A program made the translations under genes and the position numbers. The notes below the pieces were generated by a model. It had not been told where the DNA came from, searched no databases, and saw nothing but the letters and a program-made list of their open reading frames with translations. Of a stretch of DNA of 64,000 bases, positions 47,529 through 56,884 are shown in pieces; positions within the stretch are counted from its first letter, which is position 1; each line of letters begins with the position of its first letter. Location of the stretch: contig CAXXVK010000012.1 in NCBI GenBank assembly GCA_963676915.2, forward strand, positions 32,001-96,000, written 5' to 3'. This stretch comes from Myxococcota bacterium (GTDB taxonomy: Bacteria; Myxococcota_A; SURF-8; G963663525).

Positions 47529-48402
47529 TCAGACCTCCTTCCGGTACGCTTCGATGAGTTCATCCGGATCACGCTCTTCACCCATAGCTTGCAGACAAAG
47601 AATGGTTTCTTCCTTGGAAGGAGGTTTTCCATGCCAGGATGGATCATTCATGAACGGTTTGATGGGATACATCATCTGTGTACGAAACAGAAGCGCTCTG
47701 GGCTTTCCAGGAGGCGCGTGAAAAGCTTCCTTATACAAATGGTCGATCTGCATGAAATCGTGTCCGTCGGCTTCCCATACCCACCAACCGAATGACCGGA
47801 ATTTCTCGGCCAACGGTTCGATATCCATCACGTCGCTAACCTTGCCATCGATCTGTGCATCATTGCAATCCACGAGCAAATAGAAATTGTCGCTTTTGAA
47901 ATGACCGGCGGCCATGATCGCTTCCCACACAATACCTTCCTGCAACTCACCATCTCCAGCATTGCAGAAAACACGCACGTCTTCCCAACCCTTTTTCCTC
48001 GCTCCCATTGCGATGCCATGGGCAACAGGAATCCCCTGCCCCAAAGAACCGGTGGAAGCTTCCACTCCTGGGACTTTCAATCGATTAGGATGCCCCTGCA
48101 AGGGTGAATCAGCGCTACGAAACGTAGGAAGTACCGAAAGAGGCAAAAGACCCTTTTCAGCCAGCAACGCATAAATCAAACGCCGAGCAATGGCCGTTGG
48201 ACAACACCCAGCGATCTCGTAGTTTCCAGTCGGGGTCTTCCGGGTTCATACGAAGGTATTTCCACCAAAGCACCGTATTGTAGTCCGTCGCACTGAATGG
48301 TCCACCGGGATGTCCTGACCGAGCATGATAGATCATCAAGATGATATGGCGGCGAATACGGGTCGAAAGTTCCAACAATTCCGGGTATGTAATGTTGTTC
48401 AT
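47529..48402 (-). pseudogene. Transketolase, N-terminal (TPP-binding) subunit with a 1-nt frameshift (real mutation or sequencing error)
   Basis: SGHPGG..RDRWVLSNGHCSA in one frame and LIYALLAEKG..LQGHP..STGSLGQG..GDGELQEG..WHGK in the next. One extra T at 48178-48180. Confidence 0.85.
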
Positions 48403-48445
48403 GGCTTGCCGTAAAAGATTGTAAGAGATTGTTATTGGAAAATAT

Positions 48446-48474
48446 AGAATATCTTTAACGAGAATGGATGTCAA
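48446..48474 (-). promoter_or_regulatory. Putative sigma70 promoter of the transketolase genes
   Basis: TTGACA-17 bp-TATTCT, about 45 bp upstream of ATG 48402. Confidence 0.6.
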
Positions 48475-48530
48475 TGGGAAGCAATTGAAATATCGGCCTC
48501 AAACCTGTCCAAATTCCGCCATGATTTCAT

Positions 48531-48696
48531 TAGAAGTCATCCTAAAAATACTGACCGAGGATTTCGAGGTGATTTCGAGACGAATTCGTCGTTGACGAGA
48601 CGCGGAATACCGGAAGTCTTTCAAGTCGAGACCGGCGGCGAAGTCGACCGAAAGCGTCCGAAAGGCGACAGGAGTGCATTTTTAGGATGGCTTCTC
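48531..48696 (+). mobile_element. 166-bp MITE-like element, copy C
   Basis: Near-identical to copies A and B; right end reads CTTCTC (terminal base changed). Confidence 0.85.
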
Positions 48697-48864
48697 GGCA
48701 AATCACTGGAGGAGAGTTTATTTTGGACAACAACGGTATCAGCCTCTAAAAACCGCGTTTCCAGTTGTAATTTTATCAGGATAATTCGTGTGGATCGTGA
48801 CGATACACCGAAAAATTTGGTGTGCGTTTTATGAGGTCGTTTCCGCTTTGTGTGAAAACACGGT

Positions 48865-50610
48865 CTAACTTAAATCGTAGCGCTTCAAATATCGATATAA
48901 TGTTGCACGACCGATACCGAGTCGCGCTGCTGCTTCCTTTTTATTACCATCCGATCGTGCCAGCGCAAGAAGGATCTGATCCTTTTTGATTTTTGCTTGT
49001 GGTCCCGGTTTACGTGGGGGAAAGGTACGTGAAAACGTGATTTCGGGGGGAAGATGTTTAGCAAGGATACTATCCTCGTGGCACTTCACATAAGCAAACT
49101 CAACGGCGTTACGCAACTCACGCACGTTTCCAGGCCAATGGTAGGATGTCAGCAAATCGATAGCTTCTGTAGATGGTGCCAACAATGGACGCCCGGTGTC
49201 TTTGGCGACATATTCCACGAAATGTTCGACCAACATGGGAATATCGAGTCGTCTCTCCCTCAAAGGAGGTAAGCGAATGGGTACGACGCAGAGCCTGTAA
49301 AAAAGATCGCGACGAAAGAGTTTCTTTTCCATTCGTTGGCGAATGTTCTGGTTTGTCGCACTGATAACTCGAACATCTACCCGGACGCTATGTTCACCAC
49401 CCACCGGTTCAAACTGTTTTTCCTGAAGAACTCGTAATAATTTCACTTGCATGGCTGGAGAAAGCTCGGCAATTTCATCCAGGAAAATCGTGCCGCCATC
49501 GGCCAAGGCAAAACGACCATTTTTATCGCGGATTGCACCGGTAAACGCGCCTTTGACGTGGCCGAACAGTTCGCTTTCGAGGATGCCTTCAGGCAAAGCA
49601 CCACAGTTGACAGCAACAAATGGTTTTGATGCCCGATCGCTCAGGTCATGGATGGCATTGGCAACGAGTTCCTTCCCCGTTCCGCTTTCGCCTTCGATCA
49701 GTACCGGGACGCTTGCTTGTCCCACTTCCCGAATCAACTCGAAAAGCGCCAACATTTTCGGGTCTTTGCCCACAAGCCCACCTAAAGAATGATGGTGTCT
49801 CAGTCGCTGTTTTAGAACTGTCAGTTCCGTATTGTCTTTAAACGTGACGAGTGCACCGACATTGCTCCCATCAAAATCGGTCAGCGGCATTGTGGCCATG
49901 TGCAAGGCTCTATGCTCTCCATCGGGGCGTACGAATCCGACGTCATTGTGGCGAACGCCTGTGTTGTCTCTATTGTTGGGAGAACAAAACGAGCAGTTTC
50001 CTCCACAGAATCTTCCAGGGAATACCTCGTGACAGTCGTGTCCTAGGACTTGCTCACGATGATATCCGGTAATGCTCTCTGCGGCTTGATTGAAGTAGAA
50101 AATCCTGCGATTGGTGGTATGAGCCATTACACCATCGAGCATGTTGTTGAGAATCAGTTCAAGGTTGCGACGGGTGACGGATAGTGCATGCAGTACACCG
50201 GAGTTGAAAAGTCTGTCTAATTTTCGCAATAGCTCATCGCTAAGAATCCTGTAATTTTGCAGGGTTATTTCGCTTGGGGACTGTTGTGGAACGAATGAAA
50301 AATCCCAATGTATATGTGGCGGCATACCGGGAAGATTCGGTCGGCAGGCTTGATCGAAATTTCCAAGTGTTACAACGATATCGAACTTGAAAAGCTCGAT
50401 ATCTTCCGGCGTTCGGATGGGAATATCCTCCAAATCTATTCCCTTTTCCTGCATCACCAGAACCGCAAACGGATGCCTTTCGGTGGGAGAAAGTCCCGCG
50501 CTGAGGATGTCCGCACCATTTGGTTCCCATTTTTCAGCAAACGCCTCCGCCATCAGGGCCAGATTGTCCGGCCCGTTCGATAAAAACAGAATGGCGCAAC
50601 GGTTACGCAC
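48865..50610 (-). CDS. Sigma54-dependent activator: degenerate ArsC/LMW-PTP domain, PAS, AAA+, Fis-HTH
   Basis: ILFLS..MAEA..SAGL..VMQEKGIDL..DIVVTL..HWD N-terminal domain, PAS, GESGTGKE, ESELFGHVKGAFTGA, FLDEI, WPGNVRELRN and HTH. Confidence 0.92.
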   Translation of the reverse strand: MRNRCAILFLSNGPDNLALMAEAFAEKWEPNGADILSAGLSPTERHPFAVLVMQEKGIDLEDIPIRTPEDIELFKFDIVVTLGNFDQACRPNLPGMPPHIHWDFSFVPQQSPSEITLQNYRILSDELLRKLDRLFNSGVLHALSVTRRNLELILNNMLDGVMAHTTNRRIFYFNQAAESITGYHREQVLGHDCHEVFPGRFCGGNCSFCSPNNRDNTGVRHNDVGFVRPDGEHRALHMATMPLTDFDGSNVGALVTFKDNTELTVLKQRLRHHHSLGGLVGKDPKMLALFELIREVGQASVPVLIEGESGTGKELVANAIHDLSDRASKPFVAVNCGALPEGILESELFGHVKGAFTGAIRDKNGRFALADGGTIFLDEIAELSPAMQVKLLRVLQEKQFEPVGGEHSVRVDVRVISATNQNIRQRMEKKLFRRDLFYRLCVVPIRLPPLRERRLDIPMLVEHFVEYVAKDTGRPLLAPSTEAIDLLTSYHWPGNVRELRNAVEFAYVKCHEDSILAKHLPPEITFSRTFPPRKPGPQAKIKKDQILLALARSDGNKKEAAARLGIGRATLYRYLKRYDLS

Positions 50611-50681
50611 GGTTGCAATCTTTCTTCAGAGCCTATCCCTGTTTAAGGTTCGATATGCCTTTCGGTGAAAACCTCTTGCGA

Positions 50682-52490
50682 TCATGAAGAATTTTCCTCC
50701 AATTCCGGAAGTCGATTCCTCGGTAATAGAATTCTGAAAGTAGTGCCCTGCCCCGGCTCACTTTCCAGTTCGATTCTCCCACCGTGTTCCTGCACGATTT
50801 TTCGTGTAGTCAATAAACCGAGTCCCGTCCCCCCCAAGCCTTTTGTTGTAAAAAACGTTGTGAAAACCTTCTTTTTTATTTCGTAGTCAATACCGCATCC
50901 ATTGTCGATCACTTCGTAAGACAACACATTGTCTCGTTCGAAAGTCCTGACTCGCACTTTGCAGGTCTGTTTTTTATCGCTCATCTGGCAGGCATCGATA
51001 GCATTGCCGACGAGATTGGTCAGGCTCTCGTGAATGCCGGCCTCGTCCAAAGGAGCGGGTGCCACTGTGCCCAATGTCTCGTATTCAAGGGAAATCCCTT
51101 CTTTTTCCGCATTGGCCGAATACAATTCGACGACATCCCGTGCCACGCTGGCCGGATCGACCAGGGCGACTTCGATTTTCCGTCCCCTTGCGAATCCGAG
51201 AAATGCTTTGACGAATGAAGAGATCCGACCGATATTACGATCCAGAATATCCCAACCTTGGACGATTCTTTCACTTTCCCCCTTGTGGATACCTGTATTG
51301 AGCATATACATGCCGCCTTCGAGACCGGCGATCAGGTTTTTCACCCCATGAGCCAGTCCGGCAACCGTTTCACCAACTGCCGCCAGACGCTCGGCATCAA
51401 GATTGGCTTTTTCCAACTCTTTGATTTTTGAAAGATCTTGGATAGTAAAGGCGCTTCCCAGATACTCTTTATCCGTCACCAGGCGAACTCCTACCAGGCG
51501 GACGGGAATGGGTTCGTGACTCAATGTGGTGATCTTCGTATCGGGCAGGTAGACGTTTCCCGGCCCTCTATTGACCTGTTCCACAAATCCTTTCGGAAAA
51601 ATAGCTTTCAACTCGTTGGCGGTTACATGGTGGCTGGCCGGAATGTGACAGATTTCCCTGGCCGAACGATTGAAAACCTGGACGTGTCCCTCTTTATCGG
51701 TAGCCACGATACCATCGATGGACGTTGCTACGAGGGTTTCTAAAAACGAATTGGCGATCCGTAAATCGCTTTCCAGCTTCATGGTTTGAGAAATATCCAT
51801 CGCCATTTCGACGACGCGATCCACGCTTCCGTCCAATTGCTGAAGTGGAGCGGTCGTCACGAAAAGGTGGACATTGTCTCCATTGCGGCTTTTTACGACG
51901 GAATGACCGGAGTGCACCTGACCATCTTGTAACGTTCTCCAGGCCGGACAATCATGACAGCGCTCGTCGAGGCCTTTTAAAACCTGATAACAGACCTGCC
52001 CTTCGACATCGCCGAATTTTTCACGAATCCGATGGTTCGAACGGACAATATTCAAGTTTTTATCGAGAATGGCAATGTTGCAGGGGACTTGGTCGAAAAG
52101 GAGTTGCAATTCTTTTTTCATGAGATCGAAGTCCGTGATATCCGTGGACATCTCAATCAGAAAAGGAATATCCCCTTTTTCATCGGAGATCGGAACCGTG
52201 TACTTGATATACCTAGTAGGTTTGCCTTCCTTGTTGAAACCCAACTCTTCGTTCATTCGCGGCTGACCATCGCGAAATGCTGCCGAACCGGCGCAACTTG
52301 AACAGATGGAGTCCCGGCTTTTGTAGACTTTGAAACACTTTTTGCGTTGCCATTCGCCGAACATCTGCTCAAAGGCGAAATTGGCTTGGATAATGTTGTA
52401 GTCACGATCGATGACCGCAATGCTCATCGGAACGGCATCGAAAAGTTTCTCGTTGATCCAACCTTTCACATTTACTCTGGGATCATCCAT
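50682..52490 (-). CDS. Multi-PAS sensor histidine kinase
   Basis: Three PAS domains (two with C-x10-C-x2-C), GLAHGVKN, NAIDA, DNGCG, FFTTK and GTGLGL. Confidence 0.92.
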   Translation of the reverse strand: MDDPRVNVKGWINEKLFDAVPMSIAVIDRDYNIIQANFAFEQMFGEWQRKKCFKVYKSRDSICSSCAGSAAFRDGQPRMNEELGFNKEGKPTRYIKYTVPISDEKGDIPFLIEMSTDITDFDLMKKELQLLFDQVPCNIAILDKNLNIVRSNHRIREKFGDVEGQVCYQVLKGLDERCHDCPAWRTLQDGQVHSGHSVVKSRNGDNVHLFVTTAPLQQLDGSVDRVVEMAMDISQTMKLESDLRIANSFLETLVATSIDGIVATDKEGHVQVFNRSAREICHIPASHHVTANELKAIFPKGFVEQVNRGPGNVYLPDTKITTLSHEPIPVRLVGVRLVTDKEYLGSAFTIQDLSKIKELEKANLDAERLAAVGETVAGLAHGVKNLIAGLEGGMYMLNTGIHKGESERIVQGWDILDRNIGRISSFVKAFLGFARGRKIEVALVDPASVARDVVELYSANAEKEGISLEYETLGTVAPAPLDEAGIHESLTNLVGNAIDACQMSDKKQTCKVRVRTFERDNVLSYEVIDNGCGIDYEIKKKVFTTFFTTKGLGGTGLGLLTTRKIVQEHGGRIELESEPGQGTTFRILLPRNRLPELEENSS

Positions 52491-52665
52491 TGGACATCCG
52501 ATTTTTTTGCGTTGAATCCATCGTTTGCATCCAAAATTCCCATTCCTGAATATGGCATTTTAGCCATATCGTAGACCTATTGTCCAGTGTATTTATAGAG
52601 ATGATCCTCTATTGGTACACTTGTAGTACAGGTACCCGCCGAAAATTCAGCCATTTCTAGGGTGA

Positions 52666-53202
52666 TCACCCTTGCTTATCCAGCACTTCTCGAACTTTTT
52701 GGAGGGTCGAAAGATCCACGTTGCGTAGCTTTGTTAACAGGTTTTCCCGGTTCTCTTCTGCGCTACGGTCGAGGAATTCCGACATATCCACGCCGAGTTT
52801 CTCCGAAACCCTACGCACCAGTTCAAAGGTATCCACCGGTTTTTCCATGTAATCTTCGGGAGCTTGCACGTTTTTTCCATACATCAACTCCTGAAAATCC
52901 TCCTGTCCCAGATCGTCGCGGGCATGGGCGGTGATGATCATCACTGGAATTTTCTGCCAGCGAGAGTTCTTGCGCAGTTTTTTGTAAAACAGCACGCCCG
53001 ATTGTCTGGGCATCACGAGATCGAGGGTAATAAAATCCGGCATTCGCTCTTTTACTCGGTTGTATGCCTCATGACCATCCGATGCGGTGACCACTTGAAA
53101 TCCGGCATCTTTCAAAGCCGTGACAAGAACCAACTGCACATCCGGTTCGTCTTCGACCACCAGCACGGTTTTTTCATGTACGTTTTCCATCGCCTTCTCC
53201 AT
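52666..53202 (-). CDS. Response regulator receiver protein with short C-terminal extension
   Basis: VLVVEDE, ITLDLVMP, IITA and KP. Confidence 0.9.
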   Translation of the reverse strand: MEKAMENVHEKTVLVVEDEPDVQLVLVTALKDAGFQVVTASDGHEAYNRVKERMPDFITLDLVMPRQSGVLFYKKLRKNSRWQKIPVMIITAHARDDLGQEDFQELMYGKNVQAPEDYMEKPVDTFELVRRVSEKLGVDMSEFLDRSAEENRENLLTKLRNVDLSTLQKVREVLDKQG

Positions 53203-53274
53203 TTTGTCCGTGGTTTCCCCCAGGGAATGAACGAGCCGGTCAGGTACCTCTCTACAGGCTGCCAGCTCAGAAAA

Positions 53275-54879
53275 TCAGTAATCATCTTCCCAACTGATAA
53301 AGCCGGGATTAACATCCACCATGGCGTTGACGATCAGTTCCACGAGTCCTGCATAGATCAAGCTCTCCTTTTCCTTTAAGTCGTAGTATTCGAAGATATC
53401 CCGAATCTGGCCTTTGCAGTTCGAGCAGGGTGCACATACGTATTTGGGATGCTCCGGTCCTCTACAATCGTCGAAAGCGCTGAGAATTTGTTCCAGTTTT
53501 CGTCGTCCTGCCACTTTGAAACGCCAGTCCTTGATGTTGTTGCGCCCCATGATGGCAAATCCCGATCCTCCTCCGCAGCAGTAGTTATGAGCACCGTGAG
53601 GGGTCATTTCGCGAAATTGTGGACAAAGATAGTTTAAAACCTCTCGTTGAGGTTTGATGATACCCATCAAGCGTGTCAGATTGCAGGGGTCATGAACGGT
53701 GACGGGAAAATCGTTGCGCGACGGATCGAACTTGATTTTTCCTGAAAACACAATGTCCCGCAAAAGAGGGAAACAGCTTTCACGAGGTGTTTTCAACGAT
53801 TCCGGCAACACACGATCGGCAATGACCGTCAACGCCTTGTGTGCATGCCCGCATTCGCCGAGCACGATCTTTTTCACACCAAGCTTTTTGGCCGCTTGGG
53901 CGTGCAATAGTGCGGTACGGGCAAATTGTACGTCATCGTAAAACACGCCGTAATTGATGCTGTCATAGGCGGCCAGATCGCTAGAAAGAGTCCAGCTCAG
54001 TCCTGCGGCATCGAAAATGATGCCGAAAGCCCCGACGTTTTCCGGCCAAGTGAGAATCTCGCCCGCATTGTGGATCAACAGGATATCAGCACCTTCCACA
54101 TCCCAAGGCGTTTCGTATTTATAGCCGGAAACCTCGTTGATATCTTCGTCGATGAAATCCATGTTGTCTTTGACGACGAGCGAATTCATGTTGGTAGACG
54201 ATCCGGATTTCAACTGCAACATCGAGCCTTTTTCGTGCAATTCTGGGGCGGTAATGCCCATCTCCTGGCTGAAAATCTTGCGGATTTCTCTGGCGATCAG
54301 ACCGTTGTCGGCACCGATCGGACAGGTTTGTGCACAACGACGGCAAAGATTGCAACGATACGCCATCTCTCCTAAACGAGCTACGGCCTGCCAGTTAAGG
54401 TCGATATCCCCATGTCGCCATTTCGCGAAAAGGTCTTCTTTGATGTATTTTTTGTAGATTCGGCGGAAAACTTCGCTGCGATAAGTCGGCCTGTACATCT
54501 CGTTTTCACCGGAAGCCTGGTAAATGTGACAAGCCTCGGAGCACGTGTTGCATTTGGCGCAGTGTTCCATCGTCGTGACCAATTGACTGTAAAAGGTCCA
54601 GTTGTCTTCCTTGTTGAAAAGCTTGCGCATTCCGCTGATGAACTTGTTGACGAGTTCTTCTTCCTCTTGCTTCGTTTTCGGCCTGGGAATGGGCAAAATC
54701 GAAGTGTCATCCAGGATACAAGCGTATTTTTCTTTGGTATCCTCCTTCAGAGGAGTCCATTCCGGCTCGTCAATACCGTCGCTTTTCGGCAAGGGTATGA
54801 GGTCTTCGTTATTTACGTGCGAAAGTTGATCCGTGTTTTTGCTTACATCGGTAATTTTTAGTTTTTTATGTTCCTGCAT
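53275..54879 (-). CDS. DsrK/HmcF-like Fe-S oxidoreductase (CCG domain)
   Basis: CAKCNTCSEAC, CNLCRRCAQTCP, GECGHA, HDPCN, YCCGGGSG and PCSNC. Confidence 0.88.
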   Translation of the reverse strand: MQEHKKLKITDVSKNTDQLSHVNNEDLIPLPKSDGIDEPEWTPLKEDTKEKYACILDDTSILPIPRPKTKQEEEELVNKFISGMRKLFNKEDNWTFYSQLVTTMEHCAKCNTCSEACHIYQASGENEMYRPTYRSEVFRRIYKKYIKEDLFAKWRHGDIDLNWQAVARLGEMAYRCNLCRRCAQTCPIGADNGLIAREIRKIFSQEMGITAPELHEKGSMLQLKSGSSTNMNSLVVKDNMDFIDEDINEVSGYKYETPWDVEGADILLIHNAGEILTWPENVGAFGIIFDAAGLSWTLSSDLAAYDSINYGVFYDDVQFARTALLHAQAAKKLGVKKIVLGECGHAHKALTVIADRVLPESLKTPRESCFPLLRDIVFSGKIKFDPSRNDFPVTVHDPCNLTRLMGIIKPQREVLNYLCPQFREMTPHGAHNYCCGGGSGFAIMGRNNIKDWRFKVAGRRKLEQILSAFDDCRGPEHPKYVCAPCSNCKGQIRDIFEYYDLKEKESLIYAGLVELIVNAMVDVNPGFISWEDDY

Positions 54880-54884
54880 TATGT

Positions 54885-55826
54885 TTACTCCTGTTCCCCT
54901 TCCGGACGCATTGGGTTGTACATGGCGACTTCCGCCCAGGTTTTCTTGCCTTCAATTGCAATGTGTTCGGCAGACCACGACACGGGGTAGTTCAAGACCG
55001 TATTGATTTTGGCATCGGTTTCGGGAGTACCGACGTTCGGTTTATCTCCCCAGCGAATGTCGTGGTACAGGAAGTACTTCATGAAGAAATGCGCCATGTG
55101 GGTATTGGGAATGTAGGCAACCAACAGAAAAGCGATTACCAACTGCGCGATAAAAAGCGGATGGGTCAATTCGATGAAATCGAATGTTATAAGACCCGTA
55201 AAAAATCCACTCAACATGCTGAAGGAAGGATCTACGAACAACCAGGTCAGCAAAGCAACAGTGGTTGAGATCATAAATAGCGTCAAATTGAAAAAGTGCC
55301 CAAAGCTTGAGTAAGTACGCATGTCGGGATCTGTCAGCCGTTTAACGAATAACCCAAAAGCTCCGGAAAATGTTAGGATAAGCCCTAATGGTCCAAGGAG
55401 AGACATCAACGCCATCACGACCGAGCCAGGAGCTATTCCGCTTCCCAGCGAAATACCCGCAAGCTGTAGCATGACGCCAACGATGAGGACACCCAAGAAA
55501 GCACAAAGGATGTACAGACCCAAATGAAAAGGATAGGTTACAAACCATAAAGGACGGTTGTGTTCCCATACCGCTTTAAGAAGCAGGATTTCAGGAACCA
55601 TTACTTTCAACTCGCCCACGAGTGAAAATTCCCGTTCTTTTTTCCACCAATCCACCTCTTCGAGATAGCTTCCTCCCCATTCGGCGCGTTTGCCTTCGTG
55701 GGCAACGGGATACAACTCCCAGCGAACGTGAATGGGATTTCTTAAATAGCTGATAAACCGGCCAAGGACCGCAGCGGTAAATACGATTACCGAAAGATAG
55801 GCGATCAGATAGACAAACCAAGTCAT
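54885..55826 (-). CDS. DsrM/NarI-like membrane cytochrome b
   Basis: About 6 TM helices; RWELYPV, FHLGLY, THPLF and YIPNTHMAHF heme-ligand region. Confidence 0.85.
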   Translation of the reverse strand: MTWFVYLIAYLSVIVFTAAVLGRFISYLRNPIHVRWELYPVAHEGKRAEWGGSYLEEVDWWKKEREFSLVGELKVMVPEILLLKAVWEHNRPLWFVTYPFHLGLYILCAFLGVLIVGVMLQLAGISLGSGIAPGSVVMALMSLLGPLGLILTFSGAFGLFVKRLTDPDMRTYSSFGHFFNLTLFMISTTVALLTWLFVDPSFSMLSGFFTGLITFDFIELTHPLFIAQLVIAFLLVAYIPNTHMAHFFMKYFLYHDIRWGDKPNVGTPETDAKINTVLNYPVSWSAEHIAIEGKKTWAEVAMYNPMRPEGEQE

Positions 55827-55870
55827 TGATCTTCTCCTGTTCAGATTCCGCCATGTGCGGGAAAACGTTG

Positions 55871-56251
55871 TTAATCCAATAAATTGCGAGCCATCTCTAC
55901 CAATTCGTTCTTATCGATTGGCTTGGACATGAATCCATCGGGTTTGGGAATCTGTCGGCGGTTGTCGAGGAAATACTTCATTCCGTCACCAATAGCCGTG
56001 ATGATGATGACGGGGATGTTTTTCAATGCCTCGTCTTCTTTGAGATCCCGATAGGTACGAACGCCCGATTGTTTCGGCATCGTCATGTCCAGAGTAATGA
56101 GGTCCGGTTTTTCCTTGCGAGCCATTTCCATAGCCTGGATGCCGTCCAGAGCCGTTACAGTGTCGAACCCGTTGTCACTGAAAAACGCCGCCATGAACGT
56201 GAGCAGATCTTGCTCGTCATCCACGATCAGAATTTTCTTTTTTTCGGCCAT
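55871..56251 (-). CDS. Single-domain response regulator
   Basis: ILIVDDE, ITLDMTMP, IITA and KP. Confidence 0.92.
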   Translation of the reverse strand: MAEKKKILIVDDEQDLLTFMAAFFSDNGFDTVTALDGIQAMEMARKEKPDLITLDMTMPKQSGVRTYRDLKEDEALKNIPVIIITAIGDGMKYFLDNRRQIPKPDGFMSKPIDKNELVEMARNLLD

Positions 56252-56304
56252 GATCGCTAATTCTCCTTGTGTGAATTACGTTTCAAAAAGTATGCTTTTT
56301 GCCG

Positions 56305-56514
56305 TTACGGATCGTTCCGCACGGAGCTTCCATGTTTTTCCAGTTCTTTTTCTGCAAGCCTTCGAATTTTGTAGGCATTGTCCCGTAGCGTACCGAACAC
56401 TACGCCGCAGCCAGCATCCCGACGAGCCTCGTCACCTCGGTCGGCCAATTCCAACATGGTTTTGCTGATCTCCACGACACGGCGAAGGAAATCGTCAATG
56501 GCAGGTGAATCCAT
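56305..56514 (-). CDS. Small helical protein with a GCG motif, first gene of the dsrMK-like operon
   Basis: GAGGG SD; LADRGDEARRDAGCGVVFGTLRDNAYKIRRLAE; lies directly after a sigma54 promoter. Confidence 0.7.
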   Translation of the reverse strand: MDSPAIDDFLRRVVEISKTMLELADRGDEARRDAGCGVVFGTLRDNAYKIRRLAEKELEKHGSSVRNDP

Positions 56515-56553
56515 AGCTTTACCCTCAATATTCGATGAGACACACTTGAATAA

Positions 56554-56570
56554 AGCAAAACGAAGGCCAA
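56554..56570 (-). promoter_or_regulatory. Sigma54 (-24/-12) promoter
   Basis: TTGGCCTTCGTTTTGCT = GG-N10-GC, about 40 bp upstream of ATG 56514. Confidence 0.7.
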
Positions 56571-56709
56571 TATCTTGTTATGAATATGAGGATTTTAAAA
56601 TCATCAATAAAAGCGAGGGGTTGGAAATTTCAATACATATTGGAGCGTGGGAAGAAGCAAATTTGTGTCTCGATCTATATCGAGTCCTGAAGGCAGGTTA
56701 ACAGCAAGC

Positions 56710-56722
56710 TAACTTATTGATT
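56710..56722 (-). promoter_or_regulatory. Putative IHF site
   Basis: AATCAATAAGTTA matches WATCAANNNNTTR, in the AT-rich region upstream of the sigma54 promoter. Confidence 0.5.
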
Positions 56723-56884
56723 TTTAAGAATAAAAATCTATATTATACATAAAGCATACCGATAGGGTGTCTCATTGAGTATCCTGAGAAGAACGTGAAA
56801 CACGAGACACGATCCGATTTCCAATAATCTAGAATCAGAATTCTATCTCTTGTAATCGAACATACGAGAGGAGCAGATCTGTGA

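Noticed and set aside
44775-48696. Repeats interpreted as a CRISPR array or tRNA
   Set aside because: Units are 166 bp, separated by whole genes, with no spacers, cas genes or cloverleaf/TTCGA-CCA arrangement.
52527-52541. GG-N10-GC upstream of the PAS kinase
   Set aside because: Flanking bases do not match TGGCAC/TTGC; likely a chance match.
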